Below, in pieces: positions 28,906 through 38,013 of a stretch of 64,000 bases of DNA. A program made the position numbers and the translations under genes. The stretch covers positions 320,001 through 384,000 of the forward strand of contig OZ253462.1 in assembly GCA_965261395.1 (NCBI GenBank), read 5' to 3'. This DNA is from Candidatus Latescibacterota bacterium (GTDB lineage: Bacteria > Latescibacterota > UBA2968 > UBA8231). The notes beneath the pieces are model-generated. The model was not told the origin of the DNA. It did not search any database and saw only the letters and a list, made by a program, of their open reading frames with translations. Numbering within the stretch: the first letter of the stretch is position 1; each line of letters begins with the position of its first letter.

Positions 28906-30258
28906 TTAATACGGCGTATGCTTGGTAGTAACGGGACACCAGCGGGCGGCGAACAAATAGTCGAACAAGATCTCCGTCGCCTCCGGCGTACCAATGCGCT
29001 CCAAGGTCTTGGCTGCCTTGGCGCTGACATAGCGATTTGGATCGTCTAGAGCGGCCACCACGGCTGGCTGCACAGCCTCGGCAGCCGACCCCAGCCGCGC
29101 CAAGCCCAAGGCGGCATTGCGCCGCACCCATTCGTCGTCGTCGCCCAAAACTGCGGCCAGTTCCTCTAGCACCGCTGAGGGCAATGCACCCATGGCACCC
29201 AAGGCTTCGGCGGCGTGGCCCCGCACCTGGTCCGACGCATCGCCCAGCGCCCGCTGTAATGCCGGCACTGCCGGGGCACTCGCCCGACCCATATCGCCCA
29301 AACTATCGACCGCGGCTAGCCGCACGTCCGGATCGTCGTCAGCGCAGGCTTGCGCTAGCGCCTCGACTGCGGCCGGACCGGCCGCGGCCAAACCGTAGCC
29401 GGCGTTGCGCCGCACGTGTTCTGATCCTTGGCGCAAGCAATCGATGAGCGGCCCCACGGCTGGCTCGCCAGCGCGACCAAGGACATAGGCCGCCGCTTGA
29501 CTGGCCGCCTCGGAATCGCCCGCTAGCGCCTGCAGCAGCGCCGACCGCTCGCCGGTATCAGCGGCAAGGCCTTCGGACTGGCCGCCGTACCATTCCCATA
29601 TACTGTGCCACATGGGTGCCTCGGCATGTCCGTTCCCAGCCCAAGGTTTTCCAGTTGCGTCCCAATTAGGCCCGTCCGGCTCTTCGAGGCGGACGAAGAG
29701 GAACTTGACCATATAGCGATCCTGCTCGGTGCTATTAGGCGTGGCCCGGTGCCACAGATCGTAGTGGACAATGGCGACCGTCCCAGCCTCCCCAGTAAGC
29801 GCGACTTCTCGCTCCTCGTCCCCTTGATCGAGGCGGTTGTGGTAGTGGCTGCCGGGGACAACGCCGGTGGGGCCGCGCTCGACTGGCGTGTCCTGCGGAT
29901 AGTAAAAGGCCATCGCCCAGCGCAGCCGGTGGTGTCGCCGGCTCCAGCTATCCTTGTGCAGCCCCTGCCCTTCCGAACCCGGCTTGTTGAAATGGCAGAA
30001 ACGATGCGGATGCAAATAGTACCCCGGCCCCAAGATACTGGTCAGGGCTCCCGTCACTTGGGGTTGGTCGAACACCTGCTGCAAGTCGGGGATGCGGGGC
30101 AATAGGTTATTGCCTGGATTGCCCTCGGCAGTCAAGACCTCCTCTATTTGCCCATAAATGGACTGGTGAAAATCCACAGGCAAATCCGTTTTGACCACGG
30201 TATAGCCGTCGGCGATGAAAGACTGCATGCGGCTATCGTCCAACAGGATCGAGTCCAT
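28906..30258 (-). CDS. PhyH dioxygenase fused to HEAT/PBS-lyase repeats
   Basis: FIADGY, LHKD, PGSH, WHR, then repeats of VRxxAAxALG. Confidence 0.85.
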   Translation of the reverse strand: MDSILLDDSRMQSFIADGYTVVKTDLPVDFHQSIYGQIEEVLTAEGNPGNNLLPRIPDLQQVFDQPQVTGALTSILGPGYYLHPHRFCHFNKPGSEGQGLHKDSWSRRHHRLRWAMAFYYPQDTPVERGPTGVVPGSHYHNRLDQGDEEREVALTGEAGTVAIVHYDLWHRATPNSTEQDRYMVKFLFVRLEEPDGPNWDATGKPWAGNGHAEAPMWHSIWEWYGGQSEGLAADTGERSALLQALAGDSEAASQAAAYVLGRAGEPAVGPLIDCLRQGSEHVRRNAGYGLAAAGPAAVEALAQACADDDPDVRLAAVDSLGDMGRASAPAVPALQRALGDASDQVRGHAAEALGAMGALPSAVLEELAAVLGDDDEWVRRNAALGLARLGSAAEAVQPAVVAALDDPNRYVSAKAAKTLERIGTPEATEILFDYLFAARWCPVTTKHTPY

Positions 30259-30272
30259 AGCAAGCTCCTCGT

Positions 30273-31115
30273 TTAGTGGATGAGAGCCTCGCCCGGCATC
30301 CGGTTCCAAGACACGGGTGCGACGGTGCCCTCATAGGTGGGCAAAAGATCGGCAACCCGTGCTCTGGCCTCGTCGTCCCAGCCGACCCATTCGCGGGGGC
30401 GGGCGATGGCGGCGCGGAGGCCGTCGGAGAGCAGATCGAAGTACGGGAAATACCACAGAGTAATGACGGTGCGGCGCTGGGAAGACTTATTGGCATGAGC
30501 CGAGTGCAGCAGCCGCGAGTCGCCGATAACCACATCGCCCGCCGCCACAGGTACATCCACCTCTTCGGGAATCGACCGATAGGCCTGATGATCGGGGTCG
30601 GCCACGCGGCGGAGTTCGTCGGTGTGGGCGTCGGGCACCTCGTCGTGCATACGGTGGCGCTGCAGATGCGAGCCGCGCAACAGGCGCAGGCAGCCGTTGT
30701 GAGGTGTGGTATCAATAAGGTAGTACATCAAGAAAAGCTGCTGGGGCAGGGGCGTATAACTCGAAGGATCGTCCCAGCCCCACCAGTCCTGATGCCAAAA
30801 GAGCGCCGGGCTGTTAGGCGGTTTGCTGATGACGTAGCCAGACATCCACCGAGGGCGCAGAAAGCCCAAGGTTTTGAGCGCGGCGCGGGCGGGCGGATAG
30901 GCGACGAGTTCGGCGAAGATGGGATGGGCACCGACATCAATCATGCTGCCGGTGGAACGTTGTTGGTCGCGCTTTTCTTGGCTTTGGGCGTCGAGGAGTT
31001 GGTCGGTGACTTGGCGCAGACGCTGGAGAATATCGGCGTCGAGAACGTCTCCGATCAAGCAGTAACCGTCGCGGATGAGCTGGTCGAAGTTTGCTTTGGG
31101 GTCTTGTTGGGACAT
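30273..31115 (-). CDS. PhyH-family dioxygenase
   Basis: RDGY, WHQD, NGCL, GSH, LLHS; start re-set to MSQQD. Confidence 0.88.
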   Translation of the reverse strand: MSQQDPKANFDQLIRDGYCLIGDVLDADILQRLRQVTDQLLDAQSQEKRDQQRSTGSMIDVGAHPIFAELVAYPPARAALKTLGFLRPRWMSGYVISKPPNSPALFWHQDWWGWDDPSSYTPLPQQLFLMYYLIDTTPHNGCLRLLRGSHLQRHRMHDEVPDAHTDELRRVADPDHQAYRSIPEEVDVPVAAGDVVIGDSRLLHSAHANKSSQRRTVITLWYFPYFDLLSDGLRAAIARPREWVGWDDEARARVADLLPTYEGTVAPVSWNRMPGEALIH

Positions 31116-31209
31116 CAGCGGCGTTCCTATCGGTCTATCGGTTCTCGCTATTAGGCAACGTAAGATATCGGTCAGGCATTGTCCACAAAGAAGCCGATAT
31201 ACAACCCCC

Positions 31210-33369
31210 TCAGCCAATGGCGAAAACTACATTGCCCATCTTACCGGTGAAATAATCGATCACCACCCAGAGCCCGTTGCACAGCGCCTCGCCCATGATC
31301 AGCCCTAGAAAAAAAGTCTCGCTGGCGCGATAGACGGAGGCCCCACCGAAGCGCAAAATGGCTTTTTTGACCGACCAAGCGATAAAAACGCTAAACCAGA
31401 TGTGGTTCATCAGCATGTTGGCCCCAATGGGAAATCCGACCGGGTGAAAAGGCCACCACAACAGCCGCTGGCGCACCCAAGTCAACAGCAGCATCACCAC
31501 CCCGCCCCCGGCAAAAAAGCCCAAGCCCTGCCAATACACCCCCGACGGCTCTAAATTGTGCACGGCCCGATCGAAAATGGTCGACGGCCCACTCTTAAAG
31601 CGCCAGCCATCCAAGTTGATGCCGCCGTGGATATGCACCAAGTGGAAGACCATCCAACACGAACCCACCGCGCCGATCAATAGGGCTAGGATAATACCCC
31701 AAAAGACATAGCGCCGACTTTTGCGGTCCATCTCCTCGATTAGCTTGAGCCCGTTGGCTAACACCGCCATGACGAAGATGCGGATATCGGCGCACCAGAT
31801 ATAGGCCAGCGACAAATTGAATACCCCGCTGGCTCCCACTAGCTGCGAACCCAGCCCTTGCACGACCAAGTCCGGAGCAATCATAGGGGACCGCACTGCG
31901 GCCAGACCAGCCTCGGCCACCACCCGGGTGATACCGACAAAGATCAGCAGGGCGAGCCCCACAAAGAGCAGCGCTACCCACAACTTGGTGCCCATGATCC
32001 ACAGCCAAAGACTCATGGTAGTGCTGCCCCCCACCAAGCCGATGACAGCGCTGCGGTACGACATAATCTCGTCGCTGTCGTCAACCTCCGGGGCCCGTCC
32101 CAGGGCCTTGGCGAGGACGGCCTTGAGATGCGCTCGACCAGTCCAAAAACCCAGCAGCACCATGGCGATTAAGGCACCACCTCCCTGGTAGGCCAAAAGA
32201 GCGTGTTCGTGGACCCCGTACACAAAGCGCTGGTCGGCCTGTATCCCGGTGACCAACAAGGTTTCGTATTCGACTTTGGACAGCAAGTGGAATAGCCACA
32301 AACCCGCCGCCACCTGCGTATTGATCAGATAGGAAAAACCGACCATGGCAAAGCGAACGGAGAACTGCAACCTTTGCTGACCGACAAAGGGCGCGGTCCA
32401 GTGCAAGTTTAAGGTGGGCACCGACGAATCGTAGTGGTGCAGGGCCGTCAGCGACCCGACCAGCAGCGGAACGGCCGCCCCACACCAAAAAGCCCGCTTG
32501 CGGAACAAGCCGTTGACCAAGCCCGCTTTCTCCTCGCCGGCCACTAGGGCCAGTCCCACTTGGGTCAGCGGATAGGCCAAGCGTTCGCGCTCCATCCACT
32601 GGCGCCGCAAGATCACCGCGGCCGAGACCATGACTGCGTACAGGGCCAGCAGGAAAATCGCCCACCAGCACAAAGGCTCGACCCAAGCTCCATAGTTGAT
32701 TTCGAGCCCGGCTGCTCCTTCGTAAAAGGCCCTATTCTCCCCCCCGTCGTTGACCAACACTTGGTGCGGCGGCAGATGCGGCAGCAGCTTTTCCAGCCAT
32801 TTATTTTCGGACGAGGCGTAGTAAAAGAAGGCTGTGATACCCGGCAGTAGCTGCTGGCTCATCCCCATAGTGCACAGGGCCGAAACCACTAACAGCATGA
32901 TATATACCAGCACTAACTCGGCCCGGTTGAGGACTAGGGTGAGCCCGTTCCAGACTAAAGGCAGATTGATCAGGATGGAAGAGACGATAAACAGGTTGAA
33001 CAACAGGCCGGGCGAATGAAAGTCCAATTCGCCCCGGGGGCCGTACCAAACCAAGAACAGTCCCACAGCTCCCACTGCCGCGAACAAGGCTCGCTCCCGA
33101 CTGCGCCCCACTACCTTGAACAATACATTGAGCAGGCCGACCAACACCAAAAAGAGGAAAATGGCCCCCGGCGTATTGAAGTCGAAAGCCATGACCGTGG
33201 AACGCATAGCCATGCGTACATAAGGGGCCCCCACAGCCAGGTACAGACTTAAAAAAGCCCCCACCCAAAGACCGCGGGCCGACAGCCCGAAGCGGCCGTT
33301 TCTCTGGTCCAACAAAGAGCCCCGGTTTTTTAGGTATCTGTGGTATGTCCGGGAAATCTCTTTTTTCAA
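31210..33369 (-). CDS. DUF6785-like multi-TM putative (oligo)peptide transporter
   Basis: QWMERERLAYPL, RVVAEAG, WWPFHPVG, FFLGLIMG; start position uncertain. Confidence 0.75.
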   Translation of the reverse strand: MKKEISRTYHRYLKNRGSLLDQRNGRFGLSARGLWVGAFLSLYLAVGAPYVRMAMRSTVMAFDFNTPGAIFLFLVLVGLLNVLFKVVGRSRERALFAAVGAVGLFLVWYGPRGELDFHSPGLLFNLFIVSSILINLPLVWNGLTLVLNRAELVLVYIMLLVVSALCTMGMSQQLLPGITAFFYYASSENKWLEKLLPHLPPHQVLVNDGGENRAFYEGAAGLEINYGAWVEPLCWWAIFLLALYAVMVSAAVILRRQWMERERLAYPLTQVGLALVAGEEKAGLVNGLFRKRAFWCGAAVPLLVGSLTALHHYDSSVPTLNLHWTAPFVGQQRLQFSVRFAMVGFSYLINTQVAAGLWLFHLLSKVEYETLLVTGIQADQRFVYGVHEHALLAYQGGGALIAMVLLGFWTGRAHLKAVLAKALGRAPEVDDSDEIMSYRSAVIGLVGGSTTMSLWLWIMGTKLWVALLFVGLALLIFVGITRVVAEAGLAAVRSPMIAPDLVVQGLGSQLVGASGVFNLSLAYIWCADIRIFVMAVLANGLKLIEEMDRKSRRYVFWGIILALLIGAVGSCWMVFHLVHIHGGINLDGWRFKSGPSTIFDRAVHNLEPSGVYWQGLGFFAGGGVVMLLLTWVRQRLLWWPFHPVGFPIGANMLMNHIWFSVFIAWSVKKAILRFGGASVYRASETFFLGLIMGEALCNGLWVVIDYFTGKMGNVVFAIG

Positions 33370-33586
33370 CGGGGATCCTTTCGGCCGGAAGAAGACCGCG
33401 CAATGTCCACAAATTTACTTCTAGGCTCGTGCGCGAACCCGGCTCACTCCCGCTTCCTCGCCAATTCAGATCGATGCTGGTATAGCCGTCAGGGTACTGC
33501 TGCAATTGTGAGGGACTATATGGTCTTATTATGAGGGACTCTGTTGAAAGCGAGTTCGAGCATTGGGGAGCGTAATGCCGACAAGA

Positions 33587-33644
33587 ATCAGCATCTTCTG
33601 CTGGTCGGTACCCGTTGCGCGGACTTTCTGCACGGAAGGGCCGT
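33587..33644 (-). repeat. Orphan copy of the 3' end of PhyH gene 35286-36029 (partner at 35308-35365)
   Basis: 52/58 nt identical, with a 31-nt perfect core. Confidence 0.88.
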
Positions 33645-33650
33645 TCTCCT

Positions 33651-34052
33651 TTATAAATACTGATTGACGAAGGATCGAGGCGTGAGCACTTTGAGCCGCT
33701 TATAGCCGGATGCCCGCAGCAGAGCCTTGTCGCCGCTAACGATGATCGAAACTCTGCCGGCCAAGGCGCAGGCGAGGAATTTATCGTCGTCTGGATCGGT
33801 GCAGACCTGTTCTGCTAGGGGCGGTGCTGCTACTAAAATTGACTTGATGGCGAGTAGTTCCAGCCAAGGCTCCAGTTCAACTTCGGGAAAGTGAGCTGTC
33901 AGTTCTGTGCCGGTGTCGCGGTATTCAGTAAGAATTTCGGGTGCCACGACGATCTGGACCCTGCCGCGTCTCCAAGCATCGAGGATCTGATGCGGTGGGC
34001 CAGTGAAGAATACTCCCGATATAAAGACATTTGTGTCCACTACGACTTTCAC
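33651..34052 (-). CDS. PIN-domain toxin (PIN_3 / VapC-like)
   Basis: VVVDTNVFIS, DPDDDKFL, IVSGDKALL. Confidence 0.9.
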   Translation of the reverse strand: MKVVVDTNVFISGVFFTGPPHQILDAWRRGRVQIVVAPEILTEYRDTGTELTAHFPEVELEPWLELLAIKSILVAAPPLAEQVCTDPDDDKFLACALAGRVSIIVSGDKALLRASGYKRLKVLTPRSFVNQYL

Positions 34053-34312
34053 TTTATCGCTCGGACCCGGGAAACGGCGGCGGCAATATCCGATCGTTTC
34101 ATTCCAGCTTGCTTAGCTTGATGGCGTGCTTTGGCAATCATGCGGTCAAAATCGCGCATGGAGGGCGTCTGGATGGTCTTGAGAATGATGACGTCGTCTT
34201 CGCCCATGACGATGAACTGGGTACCCGATTCCAAGCCAAGCTGTTGGCGCAGGGATTCGGGAATGACGACTTGCCCTTTGGAGGACATGCGGGTGGTAGC
34301 GATCGACTCCAT
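34049..34312 (-). CDS. AbrB/MazE/SpoVT antitoxin
   Basis: MSSKGQVVIPESLRQQLGL; overlaps the toxin start. Confidence 0.9.
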   Translation of the reverse strand: MESIATTRMSSKGQVVIPESLRQQLGLESGTQFIVMGEDDVIILKTIQTPSMRDFDRMIAKARHQAKQAGMKRSDIAAAVSRVRAIK

Positions 34313-34413
34313 AGACTCTCCTTTCGCTTAATCTTACTGGTAAGAAATAAAATTCTGCCCCACTGTCAAATGATTCCAAAACAAACTAAAAACGGAGCGT
34401 CAGTCTCGTCTTT

Positions 34414-35271
34414 CTATCCGGCCACCATCTCCCCTTGGCGCGAGCGCTCCTGCAAATCGTAGAGCGAGGAAATGGCGTCCTTGTACAGCGGGATGGGAAA
34501 GGTGCGGTCCTCGAAACGCGCTGTGTGCGCGAACCGGCCGCGCACTAGGCGCGCATTGGCCTCGGTCTTGTACGTCATCTCACCGGTGTAGATCGGGAAG
34601 GCATCGGCGGCGCGGTAGCTGAGAATCAGGGTGCGCCGCGGCTTGTCGGAGGCATTGGCGATGGAGGCATGAGGGGTCATCGCATGCATGAAGATGACCG
34701 TGCCCGCCGCACCGGGGATCGGCACGGCTAGGGACTGATCAACCGCTTCGGTAACCCGGCCTTGAAAAAAGCCGTCGGTGTTGTGCGACAGCAGGTCAGC
34801 CTGATGGCGGCGGGGAATGACTTGCAGGCAGCCGTTTTCAACGGTGGCGTCGTCGAGATAAAAGAGAATACTCACCGAGCCGCGATGGGTCAGCGGGTAG
34901 TAGGAAAGGTCTTGGTGCCACTCAACGGGCGAGCCGACGCCGGCCGGTTTCATGTTGATTTTGCTGTAGTGGAAGACCAAGTCCGGGCCGAGCAGGGCCT
35001 CGACCGCGTCGAGGAGCCGCTCCGATTGGGCGAATTCCCGGAATACCTCGTAGTGGCTGCAAGGCTCGTACAGACGGCGCACCTGCGTGCCATCGGGAGG
35101 CTGATTAGGCTCCATCTCCATCCGGGTGGCGTCGTGGTCGGTGAGCGTTTGGCCCGCGCTGACGACGTCCATCTCGCGCAGGAAGGCTGCGACCTCCTCG
35201 ACGTTGAGGAAGCCGGGGACAGCGACGTAGCCTTCGGTTTGGTAGTGTTCGACTTGTGCGGTGGTCAACAT
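34414..35271 (-). CDS. PhyH-family dioxygenase
   Basis: EGYV, SKINMKP, WHQD, NGCL, PHAS; start re-set to MLTTAQ. Confidence 0.9.
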   Translation of the reverse strand: MLTTAQVEHYQTEGYVAVPGFLNVEEVAAFLREMDVVSAGQTLTDHDATRMEMEPNQPPDGTQVRRLYEPCSHYEVFREFAQSERLLDAVEALLGPDLVFHYSKINMKPAGVGSPVEWHQDLSYYPLTHRGSVSILFYLDDATVENGCLQVIPRRHQADLLSHNTDGFFQGRVTEAVDQSLAVPIPGAAGTVIFMHAMTPHASIANASDKPRRTLILSYRAADAFPIYTGEMTYKTEANARLVRGRFAHTARFEDRTFPIPLYKDAISSLYDLQERSRQGEMVAG

Positions 35272-35285
35272 GGGTTGGTTCCTCC

Positions 35286-36029
35286 TTACCATTTCTCTAT
35301 GGCGCCCATCAGCATTTTCTGCTGGTCGGTACCCGTTGCGCGGACTTGCTGCGCGAAGGGACCGTCAAAGGGCTCGCGGGATTTCATCCAGGCGGTCTGG
35401 TAGCACATCAGGCAGACGCGGCGGCGCACCGACGAATGGTTGGCCGCGCCACGGTGGTAGAGGCAGCCATCGAACATCACCGCCTGACCCGGCCGAGCAA
35501 AGACCCACTTCTCTTCAGGAAAGCTCGGATGACCGGCGGGCGGGCGGAAGGGGGCGCGGTGGCTGCCGGGGACGACGACGATGGCACCGTTGTCCTCGTC
35601 TAATTCGTCCAAGTAGTAGCCGCAGTTGATCTGGCCGGGCAACGCGCCGTAGGGCGTGCCGTCGGGATCGATGGGCCAAGGCACGTCGCGGTGCCAATTC
35701 TGGTCCTCTTGCCCCGGCGCGGTGACGCGGGCCGTGGCACTGTGGAGCTGGACGCAGGTGCCCAGAATTGCCTGCATCCTCTCCAGCACGGGCGGGTTGT
35801 CGAGCAGGAAGGCGAAGGCCGCGTCCTCTTCTAAGAGCTGGTGGAGAAACTGTTCGCCGTTCCCGCGCGCAAAGGCCGCATCGAGTGCTGTACGCAGAGT
35901 CTCAATCTGCGCCTCGGTGATGGCATCCTCGACGACGAGATAACCCCACTTGCGGAAGAAGGCCACGTCCTCGGCGATTGCGGACGTCAGCTTGGGGTTG
36001 AGGTGCTGCGGGTAGGGCGGTTGCGTCAT
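35286..36029 (-). CDS. PhyH-family dioxygenase
   Basis: WGYLV, WHRD, PGSH, YHRG; start re-set to MTQPPY. Confidence 0.9.
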   Translation of the reverse strand: MTQPPYPQHLNPKLTSAIAEDVAFFRKWGYLVVEDAITEAQIETLRTALDAAFARGNGEQFLHQLLEEDAAFAFLLDNPPVLERMQAILGTCVQLHSATARVTAPGQEDQNWHRDVPWPIDPDGTPYGALPGQINCGYYLDELDEDNGAIVVVPGSHRAPFRPPAGHPSFPEEKWVFARPGQAVMFDGCLYHRGAANHSSVRRRVCLMCYQTAWMKSREPFDGPFAQQVRATGTDQQKMLMGAIEKW

Positions 36030-36242
36030 GGTTTTCGCAGAACTCCTGTGTGCATTGCGGTCGCCAGAGGGCAAAGTGCCACCCGAATACATATTGCGCG
36101 GCAGGCTCTTTGTCAACGAAACGGGCAGCGGCGTTTGGTTGACCTTGCGCTAGCCATGACGCTCATTACGGGGCAACGGTTTGGCCGGTGCAAAATTGTC
36201 CCGGCAGACGCACACAGCCTTTTTACTACAAAGGAGCGATCC

Positions 36243-37994
36243 ATGAGCTATCTAAATCCCCGCGCCATCGCCATTGACACTCCAATGCCGCCGCCCGCTT
36301 GGGCGCTGCTGGAGTGGGAACTGATTCGGGCGCAAACTAGGGGATGCACAGAGTTTTTCGACAAGTACTTCGACGAGCGGGGCTATTTGGAGTGCATCCC
36401 GCGCTGGGGCGGCAACGACGGCCCGGACGACGCCATCGAGAACCTAGTCCACTGGCCCGTGCTCTACGTACTGGGAGGTGGGGCTCACCTGTACGATATG
36501 TGCCAGTTGGCTTGGGAGGGGCATCTCAAGCAATACACCGAGGCCAAAACCACGGAAGTGCCCTTTACCCGGGACGGGATGTACTATCGCGAATTTCCGG
36601 TGATGTTCGACTGGGTACACAACGGGGAGGGGCTGACGACGTTCAACCTACACGGGTTGATGAACCCACGCGAGCAGGCATTTGAACAGCGGGTGCGGCG
36701 CTACTCCGGATTTTACATGGGCGACGACCCCCAGGCACCCAACTACGACCCCGAACACAAGATCATCAAGAGTCTGTTCAACGGCAGCCGCGGACCGATG
36801 CTGCGCAAGGCCACGGCGCTCGACTGGGCCGGCGACCCGCTCGACGAGGTGCAGGAGCGCTTTATCCCCCTGCACGGGGAACGCAACTTCGAGGAGATGC
36901 TGGCCCACTTCAAAGACTACACCGATGTCGTCGGCGACCATCCGCAGAACATGGTGGCGACGGCCTTGGGGCTGAACGCGTACGCGCTGACAGGCGAGGA
37001 GCAATACAAGGACTGGGTGCTCGAATACGTCGAAGCCTGGCGGCAGCGCACGCTCGCCAACGACGGGATTATCCCGACCAACATCGGACTCGATGGGACC
37101 ATTGGCGGCGAGTGCGACGGCAAGTGGTACGGGGGGTGTTACGGCTGGGCCTTTACGGTCGAGGTGCCCCAGACTGGGAAGATGGCCAGCCGCAACTCGC
37201 ACGGGCTGGGGATTTCGGGCTTTGGCAACGCGCTGTTGCTGTCGGGCGAGCAAAAATTCGTCGATGTGTGGCGGCAGATGATCGACAAAATCAACGCCAA
37301 CGGCAAAGAAATCGATGGACAGATGATGTACCCGAATATGTACGGGGACGAGGGCTGGTACGAATTTCGGCCGGGCCGCTACGCGCAGGGAGCACAAGAG
37401 ATGTACTACTGGTCGATGGACCGGGCCGATTTGAGCCGGCTAAACGCGGACAGCGGCTGGTTCGGCTTCTTGGAGGGACGCGACCCCACCTACCCGGAAG
37501 CTGCTCTACAGGCCGACTTTGCCCGCCTCCGCGCGCAAATGGAGAAGGTGCGCCGCGATCCAACGACGCCAGACACCCGGCTCTCGGACAATCCCAACCC
37601 ATTCAACCCGGCCATCCCGGGCGGGCTAACCCAACTCATGTTGGGCGGGCTGACGCCGCGTCACGGCTCGCCGCTGCACTGCCGAGTGCGCTACTTCGAT
37701 CCGCAGGCTGGGCGGGCGGGGATGCCCGAGGGCGTGGGGGCGCTGGTGGAGCGGCTAGGCGCGGACTCCATGACGCTGACGCTGGTAAACACAGACCCAG
37801 TGGCCGGGCGCGAAGTAATCGTGCAAGGCGGAGCCTATGCCGAGCACCAGTTTACGAGCGTGCGCGTGGGCGGGAAGGAAACGACGATAGATGACTCGGC
37901 CTTTGCAGTCGAACTAGCGCCGGGAGCCGGGGAGACCCTAGAGATCGGCATGAGCAGATATGCCAATGGACCGACGTTTGCGTTTCCTTTATGA
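36243..37994 (+). CDS. Conserved hypothetical protein (probable alpha/alpha-toroid glycosidase-like)
   Basis: AAGGAG RBS; long ORF with coding-like codon use; RWGGNDGPDDAIE and FDWVHNGE motifs. Confidence 0.6.
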   Translation: MSYLNPRAIAIDTPMPPPAWALLEWELIRAQTRGCTEFFDKYFDERGYLECIPRWGGNDGPDDAIENLVHWPVLYVLGGGAHLYDMCQLAWEGHLKQYTEAKTTEVPFTRDGMYYREFPVMFDWVHNGEGLTTFNLHGLMNPREQAFEQRVRRYSGFYMGDDPQAPNYDPEHKIIKSLFNGSRGPMLRKATALDWAGDPLDEVQERFIPLHGERNFEEMLAHFKDYTDVVGDHPQNMVATALGLNAYALTGEEQYKDWVLEYVEAWRQRTLANDGIIPTNIGLDGTIGGECDGKWYGGCYGWAFTVEVPQTGKMASRNSHGLGISGFGNALLLSGEQKFVDVWRQMIDKINANGKEIDGQMMYPNMYGDEGWYEFRPGRYAQGAQEMYYWSMDRADLSRLNADSGWFGFLEGRDPTYPEAALQADFARLRAQMEKVRRDPTTPDTRLSDNPNPFNPAIPGGLTQLMLGGLTPRHGSPLHCRVRYFDPQAGRAGMPEGVGALVERLGADSMTLTLVNTDPVAGREVIVQGGAYAEHQFTSVRVGGKETTIDDSAFAVELAPGAGETLEIGMSRYANGPTFAFPL

Positions 37995-38013
37995 GGAAAC
38001 AGCCTAGGGAGGC

